Origin: an uncultured Eubacteriales bacterium
GTDB taxonomy: Bacteria; Bacillota; Clostridia; TANB77; CAG-508
Assembly: GCA_949287075.1 (NCBI GenBank)
Contig: CASEEU010000052.1
Location: 7,606-71,605, forward strand
DNA: 64,000 bases
Reading direction: 5' to 3'
Numbering within the stretch: position 1 is the first letter of the stretch; each line of letters starts with the position of its first letter. Below are positions 38,122 through 47,174 of the stretch, in pieces. The position numbers and the translations under genes were made by a program. The notes under the pieces are model-generated. The model had not been told where the DNA came from. It searched no databases and worked only from the letters and a program-made list of their open reading frames with translations.

Positions 38122-38655
38122 ATGAAAGTAAATAATCAAAAAGGTATTACAATAGTTGTACTAACAATAACAATTACTATTTTAATTATTTTGGCAGGAA
38201 TAACAATCTATATAGGAAAAGAATCCATAAAAAAGGCAAATCTAGAAGGATTAAAGACAAATATGCTATTAATTGAAACAAAAGCAAGAGAATTTGTTGA
38301 AAATGCAAGTTTTGACTTGGGAATAAATCCTCAAAATGCTACTGATGAAATGAAAACAAATGCACAAAATGAATTAAATGGAGAATCAAAAGGAACATTA
38401 GTGAATCCTGATGATAGTATAATCAATCAATTATTAAATATGGGAATTAGTCAAGAAGACATTAATAACAAAAATGTATATAAATTAACAACAGAAAATT
38501 TAGAAAAAATGGGAATTAATGATGTGAAATCAAATGATGAAGAAGGTTGGTATGTAATTGTGTATAATATAGATGATACAGCAGTAGAAATTTATCATAC
38601 AATTGGATATGATGGAAAATATTCGCTTACAGATATAGAACAAATAAAATTATAA
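38122..38655 (+). CDS. Small secreted or anchored protein with a pilin-like N-terminal hydrophobic segment that lacks Glu5
   Basis: MKVNNQKGITIVVLTITITILIILAGI resembles a prepilin leader (KG/ITIVV), but position +5 is Val. Confidence 0.35.
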   Translation: MKVNNQKGITIVVLTITITILIILAGITIYIGKESIKKANLEGLKTNMLLIETKAREFVENASFDLGINPQNATDEMKTNAQNELNGESKGTLVNPDDSIINQLLNMGISQEDINNKNVYKLTTENLEKMGINDVKSNDEEGWYVIVYNIDDTAVEIYHTIGYDGKYSLTDIEQIKL

Positions 38656-38692
38656 AAAAGTATGCATAATTAAAAGAAATAAAGAAAGAAGT

Positions 38693-39328
38693 GTGGAGAC
38701 AATAAAAGAAAAAGAATTTGAACGATTAACCAATTTAAAAAGTATGGAAAAAGAACTTTATGATAAGGGATTTGAATATATTTGTGGAATAGACGAAGCA
38801 GGAAGAGGACCATTGGCTGGTCCTGTTGTCGTTGCAGGAATTATTATGCCAAAAGATTCCATGATAGAAGGAGTAAATGATTCTAAAAAAGTATCAGAAA
38901 AGAAAAGAGAAAAGTTATATGATATGATTTTAGAAGAAGCAATTAGTTATTCAGTTGCTATTATTGGACAAGATGTTATAGACGAAATTAATATTTTAAA
39001 TGCAACAAAAGAAGGGGTTACAAAAGTGGTGGAAGAATTAGATGTAAAGCCCAATTTAATATTAGTAGATGCATTAACACATATTAACACAAAGGGAATT
39101 CCTTATGATTCTATTATTAAAGGAGATGCTAAATGTTATAATATAGCAGCTGCATCAATTATTGCAAAAGTAACGAGGGATAGAATTATGCGTGAATGGG
39201 ATGAGATTTATCCACAATATGGTTTTATTAATCATAAAGGATATGGAACAGCAAAACATATAGAAGCATTAAAAGAATATGGACCATGTCCAATTCATAG
39301 AAGAACATTTATTAAAAATTTTATTTAA
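38693..39328 (+). CDS. rnhB: Ribonuclease HII
   Basis: The start is GTG. The motifs are GIDEAGRGPLAGPVV and DSKK. Confidence 0.9.
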   Translation: METIKEKEFERLTNLKSMEKELYDKGFEYICGIDEAGRGPLAGPVVVAGIIMPKDSMIEGVNDSKKVSEKKREKLYDMILEEAISYSVAIIGQDVIDEINILNATKEGVTKVVEELDVKPNLILVDALTHINTKGIPYDSIIKGDAKCYNIAAASIIAKVTRDRIMREWDEIYPQYGFINHKGYGTAKHIEALKEYGPCPIHRRTFIKNFI

Positions 39329-39385
39329 AAAATTTGAAATAGAAGATAAGAAAAATGAAATTAAAGATAAAGAGAGAGTGGATTT

Positions 39386-40690
39386 ATGAATATTTTAGAA
39401 ATTATAGAAAAAAAGAGAGATAAAAAAGAATTGTCAAAAGAGGAAATTGCATATTTTATTGAGGGATATACAAATAATAAAATAGCAGATTATCAAGCTG
39501 CTGCATTCATCATGGCAGTTTATTTAAATGGAATGACGAAACAAGAAACAACTGATTTAACGATTGCAATGGCAAATTCAGGAGAAAAATTAGACTTATC
39601 AACTTTAAATGAAGTCATTGTTGATAAACATTCAACAGGAGGGGTAGGAGACAAAGTATCTTTAATTTTATTACCATTAGTTGCTTCTTTGAATGTACCA
39701 GTAGCTAAAATGTCTGGAAGAGGATTGGGATTTACAGGAGGTACTGTAGACAAATTAGAGTCTATACCAGGATATCAAACAGGTATTGACATTGAGGAGT
39801 TTATGGAAAATGTCAAAAAAATAGGGATTAGTATGATTTCTCAAACTTTAAATTTAGCGCCAGCGGATAAAAAAATATATAGTTTAAGAGATAGCATTTC
39901 CTGTGTAGAAAGCATTCCATTAATTGCTTCTAGTATTATGAGTAAAAAAATCGCAAGTGGTGCACAAAAAATTGTATTAGATGTTACTTGTGGTTCAGGA
40001 GCTTTTATGCAGTCAAAAGAAAAGGCAGAAGAATTAGCAGAAGAAATGATTGAAATTGGAAGATTGGCAAATAAAGAAACTGTATGCATACTTACCAATA
40101 TGGACGAGCCTTTGGGATATGCTGTAGGAAATTCTTTAGAAGTTATAGAAGCTATTCAATTTTTAAAAGGTGATATGCCAAAAGATATAAAAGAAGTGGT
40201 ATTAGAATTAGGAGCTTATATGGTAAAACTTGCAGGAAAAGGAGAAGACATTGAAGAAAATAAAGTGAAGTTATTAGAAAACATTCAAAATGGAAAAGGA
40301 TATGAAAAATTCATACAATTAGTAGAAAATCAAGGAGGAGATTCTTCATATATTAAAGATATAGATCTATTTCCAAAGGCAAATTATATAGAAAAAGTAT
40401 ACAGTCAAAAAAATGGTTATATACAAAGTATGAATGCAAAAGAAATTGGAAAAATTGTGTGTGATTTAGGTGCAGGAAGAATTCGAAAAGAAGATAGTAT
40501 TGATAATGCGGTAGGAATTATATTAAATAAAAAAGTTTCTGATAAAGTAGAAAAAGGAGAACTATTAGTTACCATATATGCAAATTCAAAAGAAAAATTA
40601 GAAAAAGCTAAGAAGAATTTAATAGAAGTGATTAAAGTAGAAAATAAAGAAATTGAGAAACCAAAAATGATATTGGAAATTATGAAGTAA
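39386..40690 (+). CDS. pdp: Pyrimidine-nucleoside (thymidine) phosphorylase
   Basis: The motifs are DKHSTGGVGDK, SGRGLGFTGGTVDKLESIPG and SIMSKKIA. Confidence 0.9.
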   Translation: MNILEIIEKKRDKKELSKEEIAYFIEGYTNNKIADYQAAAFIMAVYLNGMTKQETTDLTIAMANSGEKLDLSTLNEVIVDKHSTGGVGDKVSLILLPLVASLNVPVAKMSGRGLGFTGGTVDKLESIPGYQTGIDIEEFMENVKKIGISMISQTLNLAPADKKIYSLRDSISCVESIPLIASSIMSKKIASGAQKIVLDVTCGSGAFMQSKEKAEELAEEMIEIGRLANKETVCILTNMDEPLGYAVGNSLEVIEAIQFLKGDMPKDIKEVVLELGAYMVKLAGKGEDIEENKVKLLENIQNGKGYEKFIQLVENQGGDSSYIKDIDLFPKANYIEKVYSQKNGYIQSMNAKEIGKIVCDLGAGRIRKEDSIDNAVGIILNKKVSDKVEKGELLVTIYANSKEKLEKAKKNLIEVIKVENKEIEKPKMILEIMK

Positions 40691-40743
40691 AATTTTATTT
40701 TAGCATATTCTAATATTTATAAGTAGATTATTATATAGAAAGA

Positions 40744-40772
40744 TTGATATATTATGTAAAATATGATACAAT
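40744..40772 (+). promoter_or_regulatory. Sigma-A-like promoter with an extended -10
   Basis: TTGATA lies at 40744..40749, followed by a 17-nt spacer and tga-TACAAT ending at 40772. Confidence 0.6.
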
Positions 40773-40824
40773 AAATCATGGAGGCAGAAACAATGTTTTT
40801 ATCATGAGAAGGGAGGTGGACAGT

Positions 40825-40944
40825 TTGTCCACTGAGAATGTGAATGCCATTGCTTTTCGGGTGCAGTGGTTAATTCAGGATCAGGGGTATACTCCTGAAC
40901 AAGTGGAATTGATTCTTGAGTATGATGGATACTTTGAGGATTAG
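40825..40944 (+). CDS. Possible small acidic protein (39 aa) within a locally GC-rich, hairpin-rich transcript
   Basis: The SD gggagg at 40811..40816 lies 8 nt upstream of TTG 40825. The product is (M)STENVNAIAFRVQWLIQDQGYTPEQVELILEYDGYFED. The segment could instead be a structured RNA. Confidence 0.3.
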   Translation: MSTENVNAIAFRVQWLIQDQGYTPEQVELILEYDGYFED

Positions 40945-41037
40945 TTCCCCCCACTTTAGTGGGGAAAAGTAAAATCTAGAATTGAAAAACAAAATATTTA
41001 TGATATAATATATATAATTTAAGAAAGGAAGATGAGA

Positions 41038-41196
41038 ATGAAAAAGGAAAAAAAAGAGAAAAAAGAACAAGAAAAAATAAAGAAAGTAAAGAAATATGAT
41101 AAGGGAAGAATTTTTGTAAAAGTAATGGCTGGTTTTTTAGCAGTATTAATGATACTTGCAACAGCATCAACATTAATATATTCACTAATGATATAA
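41038..41196 (+). CDS. Possible 52-aa membrane protein with a Lys/Glu-rich N-terminus and one TM
   Basis: This ORF is not in the ORF track. The SD is aaagga. The product is MKKEKKEKKEQEKIKKVKKYDKGRIFVKVMAGFLAVLMILATASTLIYSLMI. Confidence 0.35.
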   Translation: MKKEKKEKKEQEKIKKVKKYDKGRIFVKVMAGFLAVLMILATASTLIYSLMI

Positions 41197-41213
41197 TAAA
41201 AAAGAGGTAAAAT

Positions 41214-42167
41214 ATGATAATTGATTTTGGAATGAATTGGGAAAATTTTTATACAGATAATATTGTGGGATATATAAAATCATTGCAAGAAAATCCATTT
41301 GAATTAATTACACTAATGATTGATTTGGCAATTGTAATATTTTTAATATATTCTTTTTTAAAAATTGTAAAAGGGTCAAGAGCATGGCAATTAATAAAAG
41401 GAATTGTATTATTAATTGTGATTACTTGGCTTAGTGGATTATTCAACTTACAAATTCTAAATTGGATTTTAACAGGCATTATGAATTTAGGTGTTATTGC
41501 TATTATTGTTATATTCCAACCAGAGTTGAGAAGAGGGCTTGAACAATTAGGAACGAATAAGTTTACAAAATTTTTTGGAATTGATAAAGATTTAGCTACG
41601 AAAACGAAAGAAGATATTTATAAAATTGTTATTGCAGCAGTAGAATTATCAAAGAATAAAATAGGCGCCTTAATTGTTATAGAAAGAGATATCAAAATAC
41701 AAGATGTTATATCTAGTGGAATACCAATGAATGCAGATGTATCTCCTCAACTAATAGTGAACATTTTTGAACCAAAAACACCATTACATGATGGCGCAGT
41801 TATTATTTCAGGAAATAAAATAGCTGCTGCTGCCTGTGTATTACCACTTGCAGATGATAATGATATAGCTAAAGAATTAGGAACAAGACATAGAGCAGCG
41901 ATTGGAATTTCAAAAGAATCTGATAGCATAGTAGTTGTTGTTTCAGAAGAAACAGGAAAAATTTCTATTGCAAAAGATGGAACTTTAATTGCAGATGTTA
42001 GTGAAGATGCTTTGAAAAAAATATTAATTACTAATGTAGTTACAAAAAGATTTGCAGTGGAAAAAAGAGAAAGAAGAAATAAGATAAAAGAGATAAGAGA
42101 GAAGTTACATAAAGAAAAAGAAGAAGAAAAAACAAAACAAGCCGAAGATAAAAAAGAGGAAGAATAA
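41214..42167 (+). CDS. cdaA: Diadenylate cyclase CdaA (membrane-anchored DAC domain)
   Basis: There are three N-terminal TM segments. The motifs are GALIVIERD, TPLHDGAVII and LGTRHRAAIGISKESD. Confidence 0.85.
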   Translation: MIIDFGMNWENFYTDNIVGYIKSLQENPFELITLMIDLAIVIFLIYSFLKIVKGSRAWQLIKGIVLLIVITWLSGLFNLQILNWILTGIMNLGVIAIIVIFQPELRRGLEQLGTNKFTKFFGIDKDLATKTKEDIYKIVIAAVELSKNKIGALIVIERDIKIQDVISSGIPMNADVSPQLIVNIFEPKTPLHDGAVIISGNKIAAAACVLPLADDNDIAKELGTRHRAAIGISKESDSIVVVVSEETGKISIAKDGTLIADVSEDALKKILITNVVTKRFAVEKRERRNKIKEIREKLHKEKEEEKTKQAEDKKEEE

Positions 42168-42190
42168 AAGTCGCATATATAGCGACTTTT
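42167..42190 (+). terminator. Rho-independent terminator
   Basis: The hairpin is aaagtcgc-atatata-gcgacttt followed by t. Confidence 0.8.
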
Positions 42191-42230
42191 ACTGTTTGTA
42201 AAGTTTACGAAAAGGAAAGGAAATAGAGCT

Positions 42231-42974
42231 GTGAGAAATATTAAATTAGTTATTGAATATGATGGAAAAGAATTTAATGGTTGGCAAAAGCAACCAACAA
42301 AACTAAATATTCAGGGAGAAATTGAAAGAGCAATCAAACAAATAACAGGGGAAGAAGTGGATTTAACAGCTTCAGGAAGAACTGATGCTGGTGTTCATGC
42401 ACTTGGGCAAGTGGCTAATTTCAAAACCAATTCTAATATACCAATTGAAAAAATTCCGATAGCATTAAATTCAAATTTAAAGAAATCAATTGTTATAAAA
42501 TCGGCAGAAGAAGTAGAAGAAAGATTTCATAGTAGATTAAATTGTAAAAGAAAAACATATCGATATATCATTAATAACTCGAAATATGGAACAGCAATTT
42601 ATAGAAATCTAGAAACACATATACCAATAAAGTTAGATATACAAAAAATGCAAGAAGCTGTAAAATATTTTGAAGGAGAACATGATTTTAAAGCATTTAA
42701 AGCAAGCGGCACTAGCAGTAAAAGTAGTGTAAGAACGATTTATCAAGCAAAAGTAATTGATGTAGGAAATGAAAGAATCTATATAGAACTAACAGGAAAC
42801 GGATTTTTATACAATATGGTAAGAATTATTTCAGGAACACTTGTGGAAGTTGGATTGGGAAAAATACAATCAAAAGATATACAGACAATCATAGAGTCTA
42901 AGAAAAGAGAAAATGCAGGGAAAACATTACCACCCCAAGGATTATACTTAGTTAATGTAGAGTATGAGAAATAG
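42231..42974 (+). CDS. truA: tRNA pseudouridine(38-40) synthase
   Basis: The start is GTG. The motifs are YDGKEFNGWQKQP and SGRTDAGVHALGQV. Confidence 0.9.
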   Translation: MRNIKLVIEYDGKEFNGWQKQPTKLNIQGEIERAIKQITGEEVDLTASGRTDAGVHALGQVANFKTNSNIPIEKIPIALNSNLKKSIVIKSAEEVEERFHSRLNCKRKTYRYIINNSKYGTAIYRNLETHIPIKLDIQKMQEAVKYFEGEHDFKAFKASGTSSKSSVRTIYQAKVIDVGNERIYIELTGNGFLYNMVRIISGTLVEVGLGKIQSKDIQTIIESKKRENAGKTLPPQGLYLVNVEYEK

Positions 42975-43093
42975 AGAACATACGTTATTGCAAAAAAAGA
43001 TAATGTGACTTTTGCTGTGTTATTCTTTATAATATGAACAAAGTTAATGGTTTATGCATAAAATATAGTAAAAAAGAAAAAAGGAGAAAGCAT

Positions 43094-43738
43094 ATGAATA
43101 CAATTTTACTTATATTTTTTGCAATACCATTGGCTGTCATTATATTTTCTATAGCATTACAAAAAATATTGAAATGTCCAGCATTAGTTGCAGGGATTAT
43201 ATTTGCAATAGGCATTATTATTACATTTATTATAGGAAATTTAATTTTATTAGCAGCAACATTGGTATATACATTTATTAGTTATATTACAGCATGGATT
43301 ACTTGTCTAATATGTAGATTTTTTAAGCATGATAACGATGATAATAATTGTTGTAGAAGAAACTGTTCTGGTAATAACAATAATGAAAATGAATTATTAA
43401 CGATAAGCAGTTGTTGTCAAAATAATAGAAATGGTGACTTATTAAGAATTAATAGTAGTTGTGCAAATGGAAATACCAATAATTTACTTACAATTAGTAG
43501 TAATCAGAATGGAAGAGATTGTTGTTGTCATGATGACAATGATAATGGATGCGGATGTCGATGTGATAGTAATGGCATAAATACAGCAAACACAATCAAT
43601 GGTGTTATCAGAATCGTAGATAATAATGGAAATACATCTTGTAATAATGATGAAATAACAACTAGAATTAATGTAGTACCAAATACTGCTAACAATGGAA
43701 GAACAGGTTGTATCTGTGGAAGATATAGAAGAAGATAA
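43094..43738 (+). CDS. Membrane protein with a Cys/Asn-rich C-terminal domain (hypothetical)
   Basis: The SD aaaggag precedes ATG 43094. There are 3 TM segments. The tail reads NCCRRNCSG..ELLTISSCCQNNRNGDLLRINSSCANGNTNNLLTISSNQNGRDCCCHDDNDNGCGCRCD...GCICGRYRRR. Confidence 0.6.
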   Translation: MNTILLIFFAIPLAVIIFSIALQKILKCPALVAGIIFAIGIIITFIIGNLILLAATLVYTFISYITAWITCLICRFFKHDNDDNNCCRRNCSGNNNNENELLTISSCCQNNRNGDLLRINSSCANGNTNNLLTISSNQNGRDCCCHDDNDNGCGCRCDSNGINTANTINGVIRIVDNNGNTSCNNDEITTRINVVPNTANNGRTGCICGRYRRR

Positions 43739-43756
43739 TCTATTAGTAAAAGTATC

Positions 43757-43790
43757 AAGGAAATTGGGAACAATCCCAATTTCCTTTTTT
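43757..43790 (+). terminator. Rho-independent terminator
   Basis: The hairpin is aaggaaattggga-acaa-tcccaatttcctt followed by a T run. Confidence 0.85.
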
Positions 43791-43798
43791 ATCTTTTT

Positions 43799-43866
43799 AA
43801 AATGTCGCACAGAAAAACGAACTCTATGCGATAAAATGTCCCATAGAAAAACGAACTCAATGAGAC
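43799..43866. repeat. Two tandem 34-bp direct repeats (29/34 identical) immediately upstream of a promoter
   Basis: The copies are aaaatgtcgcacagaaaaacgaactctatgcgat and aaaatgtcccatagaaaaacgaactcaatgagac. Copy 1 contains the inverted pair tcgca...tgcga. Confidence 0.8.
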
Positions 43867-43876
43867 AAAATTAAAG

Positions 43877-43905
43877 TTGAATTTTTATAAAAATTATGGT
43901 AATAT
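43877..43905 (+). promoter_or_regulatory. Sigma-A-like promoter with an extended -10
   Basis: TTGAAT lies at 43877..43882, followed by a 17-nt spacer and tgg-TAATAT ending at 43905. Confidence 0.55.
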
Positions 43906-43929
43906 ATATCATACGAAGAGGAGGAAAAG

Positions 43930-44784
43930 ATGTTAGAAATAATAGAAGATACAATAATAGATAGTGTAAGATTAATTCCTTTTTTATTTCTTACTTATTT
44001 ATTAATGGAATATATAGAACATAAAACCAAAGAAAAAACAAAGGATACCATAAAAAAATCAGGAAAATACGGACCATTTTTTGGAGCATTACTTGGTATT
44101 GTTCCTCAATGTGGATTTTCTGTTTCTGCTACGAATTTATATGCAGCAAGAGTAATTACCCTTGGTACATTGATTGCTGTTTATTTATCAACTTCAGATG
44201 AAATGTTACCTATTTTTTTATCAGAAGGTGTAGCAATAGATAATATTATAAAAATATTAGCTATTAAATTGGTTATTGGTATGGTAGCAGGATTTTTAAT
44301 TGATTTAGTTATACAATTAAAGAATAAGGGGAAAGAAGAAGAAGAAAAAATTATTGATTTATGTGAAAAAGAACATTGTCATTGTGAACATGGCATATGG
44401 AAGTCTGCATTAAAACATACTGTAAATATATTTATTTTTATATTTATCATAACATTTATAATTAATTTAGCAATTTATTTTATTGGAGAAGAAACAATAG
44501 CTGGATTCATGTTAGATAGACCAATATTGGGTCCAATCATATCTGGAATGATTGGATTAATTCCAAATTGTGCTTCATCAGTTATTATTACACAAATGTA
44601 TTTAGAAAACATTATATCTGTTGGTACGATGATGGCAGGTCTATTAGTTGGTGCAGGTGTGGGATTAGCAGTATTATTTAGAATAAATAAAGGTATTAAA
44701 GAAAATATAAAAATTACTGTTTTATTATATGCAATAGGTGTAATATCAGGAATAGTACTTGAGTTAATAGGATTAACAATATAA
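43930..44784 (+). CDS. Polytopic membrane protein, putative permease (ArsP_2/DUF2899-like), with a Cys/His cluster in its central loop
   Basis: There are duplicated halves, each with an (I/L)(V/I)PxC(G/A)xS motif (GIVPQCGFSVSA and GLIPNCASSVII). The central loop is DLCEKEHCHCEHG. Confidence 0.5.
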   Translation: MLEIIEDTIIDSVRLIPFLFLTYLLMEYIEHKTKEKTKDTIKKSGKYGPFFGALLGIVPQCGFSVSATNLYAARVITLGTLIAVYLSTSDEMLPIFLSEGVAIDNIIKILAIKLVIGMVAGFLIDLVIQLKNKGKEEEEKIIDLCEKEHCHCEHGIWKSALKHTVNIFIFIFIITFIINLAIYFIGEETIAGFMLDRPILGPIISGMIGLIPNCASSVIITQMYLENIISVGTMMAGLLVGAGVGLAVLFRINKGIKENIKITVLLYAIGVISGIVLELIGLTI

Positions 44785-44807
44785 AGAAGTATTCTAAGAC
44801 AATAAAT

Positions 44808-44838
44808 AAAGACTTACGATTTAATTTCGTAAGTCTTT
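44808..44838. terminator. Bidirectional terminator between convergent genes
   Basis: The hairpin is aaagacttacga-tttaatt-tcgtaagtcttt. Confidence 0.8.
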
Positions 44839-44846
44839 TATGATTA

Positions 44847-47174
44847 TTATTTCTTTTCATTTCTTTTGAAATTGATAACAACAGCATCATCATTATCAAA
44901 TAAATATCTAGAATCTGTCGTATCTGTTTGTACTGGATTGATTTCATCTCTTTCATCTTTAAAATCTAGATTTTTTAAGTCAAATTTCTTTTTAGGTGAT
45001 GTATCATCCTCTGTTGCAGTTGTAACACCATCAGAATATTTACCAAAATCAAAAGTTTTTATTTTTTGCTTTTCTTTATATTTTGACTCTAAGTATTTAA
45101 ATCTACCTGGTCCAACCATTGGTTTTCCGTTAAGACCTTTTACTTTAAATGCAGCCATTGTATTTGTTAGCATTGACTGTAATTTTCCAGGTGTAAAATA
45201 ATAAACATATGCCCATTTTGCATCACCATATTTAGATCCATACTGTGTTTTCTCTGTATCAAAATCAACTTTGTAAGTCCATTCCCTGTGTTGACCAAAT
45301 TCATCACACCACCATTTTAGTTCACTTATTTCTGCATTTCCTGTAAATACCTTGTTTGCACAGTTTGATAAAATGGTATTTCTATAATTTTCTCTAGATT
45401 TTGGTGTTTCTAATTGTGCTAAGTTTTGAGCAGAGATAATGGTTCCTACACGATATTTTCTGTACATTGTAAAGATGGCTTCAGTTGCTTTACAAATAAA
45501 ATCAGGAAATTCATCAACATATAGGAAATTAGGAACTCTTGAATTCTCTCCACCAGGTCTTCTTAAAACTGCATTTTGCATTGATATTAAGAAGAATAGT
45601 CCAAATGCTTGATGTGTTGATGATCCTAAATCACCACGTCTTGTACATACAAAAGTAATCTCACCATTTGCAAGTGCTTTATCAAAATCTATATTATTAA
45701 ATCGATTACACAAGATAGATTTGACACCAGGTAATCTTAAAAGATTATCTAATTGTGTAACTGCTGCATAAATGTCCTTTTCTGTTTGTGCTTTTGCAGG
45801 ACCATTTTTATAGAAGCATTTTCTAAAATATGCAAGTTGTACAGCATATTTTTCTTTTAAATCTTCATCATGTGCTAATATTTCACACATTTTTTCTATT
45901 AAGTCAAAATTAGTAAACATTTTTAGCATGTCTTCCATGTTAGGAAGTGCGCCTTCATTCATTCTAGGATACATTTCTTTTAGTAAAATTGCTAAATTTT
46001 CAATTGCTTGAATGATAAAGTCTTCTCTGTAAGCATCTTCTACTTCTGAATGTGCATTATTGTACATAGATTTTAAAGCAGAAGATATCGTAATAGCTAT
46101 TTTAGAAGGTTCATCATATACAAAAGGATTTAGTCCCATTGAGTTAGGATTTGATGGATCAATCATATTGTATTTAAATCCATAGTTTTCACAAACTTGT
46201 GTCATGTGTTCAATGATTTCATAATCTGGAGACATGATTTCTAATCCGATATTTCTATAGACATTTTCACCATCTAGTGGTCCTAAAATCATTTTTTTCA
46301 TATAGCCATTGAAAACAGCTTCTTTTCCTTCATTAGGTGCTAGCATTTCTAATTTAAAGTTTTGATTTAGATAGTCATTATCATATGGTCTTTTTAAATG
46401 GGCAATTCCAGTTTTTAAAGCAGTAAATCCCATTTCCTTTGAAACTTCTCTAAAAAAGAATTTTTTCTCAATATCTCTAGCAATCATTGGTTCGAAAACT
46501 AAAGATGTTTTTCCTGTTCCTGAACCTCCACATACAAATAAAGAGGAATACCTAGAAACTTCTGGGATGGTAATAACTGTTCCATAATCATGGTCTGTAC
46601 ATAAAAAGACTTCACAAGTGTAGACACCTCTATCCTTTTTAGGATCAGATAAATCAATACCAGGATAATCCCAAATAGAACGGATTTGATCTAGATTATC
46701 GTTAATACCCATATATAACCATTTAAATACTGGGAATATGGTAACAAGTGGTAAGTAAAGTGAGATACTAATAAATGCTGGTTTTACAATGTCAGAAAAA
46801 TCCGTAATTAATTCTACATAATTTGGTACTGATAAAAGGAATAACCAAGCGCCCATATTTAACCATTGGGTGAACATAGAAACAGCAATGATATATAATC
46901 CAATAACATATACATAGAATATAGCAACTTTTTTCATATTTGAAGTTGCAAATTCAGATTTCCCTGAAAATAGGAATGCAAAAATTGGGCATGCCAAAGC
47001 TAATGTATATTGGATAGGTCCCCAATAAGAATAAGATACACCAGTAAATATCATAAGAAGCATTTCCACAAGTCTATCTACGGCTAAGTATACAGTTATT
47101 AAGGTTAAAATATATGTTGCAAATGTATTTCTATTGATATTTAATTTCTTTAAAAATTTATCGATTAGCTTCAT
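44847..47174 (-). CDS. Membrane-anchored TraD/TraG/VirD4-like (type IV coupling protein family) P-loop ATPase, orphan
   Basis: There are about 5 N-terminal TM segments. The Walker A is VCGGSGTGKTS and the Walker B-like motif is NFLYVDEFPDF. GTIISAQNLAQL resembles the TraG-D_C signature (..iQs..Ql). Confidence 0.65.
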   Translation of the reverse strand: MKLIDKFLKKLNINRNTFATYILTLITVYLAVDRLVEMLLMIFTGVSYSYWGPIQYTLALACPIFAFLFSGKSEFATSNMKKVAIFYVYVIGLYIIAVSMFTQWLNMGAWLFLLSVPNYVELITDFSDIVKPAFISISLYLPLVTIFPVFKWLYMGINDNLDQIRSIWDYPGIDLSDPKKDRGVYTCEVFLCTDHDYGTVITIPEVSRYSSLFVCGGSGTGKTSLVFEPMIARDIEKKFFFREVSKEMGFTALKTGIAHLKRPYDNDYLNQNFKLEMLAPNEGKEAVFNGYMKKMILGPLDGENVYRNIGLEIMSPDYEIIEHMTQVCENYGFKYNMIDPSNPNSMGLNPFVYDEPSKIAITISSALKSMYNNAHSEVEDAYREDFIIQAIENLAILLKEMYPRMNEGALPNMEDMLKMFTNFDLIEKMCEILAHDEDLKEKYAVQLAYFRKCFYKNGPAKAQTEKDIYAAVTQLDNLLRLPGVKSILCNRFNNIDFDKALANGEITFVCTRRGDLGSSTHQAFGLFFLISMQNAVLRRPGGENSRVPNFLYVDEFPDFICKATEAIFTMYRKYRVGTIISAQNLAQLETPKSRENYRNTILSNCANKVFTGNAEISELKWWCDEFGQHREWTYKVDFDTEKTQYGSKYGDAKWAYVYYFTPGKLQSMLTNTMAAFKVKGLNGKPMVGPGRFKYLESKYKEKQKIKTFDFGKYSDGVTTATEDDTSPKKKFDLKNLDFKDERDEINPVQTDTTDSRYLFDNDDAVVINFKRNEKK

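Noticed and set aside
40945-40972. The ccccac-ttta-gtgggg hairpin as a standard intrinsic terminator
   Set aside because: No U-run follows it on either strand. It is reported only as part of the structured GC-rich segment.
43484-43810. Minus-strand ORFs (108 aa and 83 aa) overlapping the Cys/Asn-rich gene
   Set aside because: They are antisense shadows of a low-complexity AAT/TGT-rich region. They have no SD, and the plus-strand gene has a clear SD, TM segments and a terminator.
43799-43866. Direct repeats considered as a mini CRISPR array
   Set aside because: There are only two abutting copies with no spacers, and no cas genes in the window.
44847-47174. Interpreting the TraD/VirD4-like gene as evidence of an integrated conjugative element in this window
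   Set aside because: No relaxase, VirB4-like ATPase, integrase, repeat borders or compositional shift accompany it here. It is kept as an orphan ATPase finding instead.
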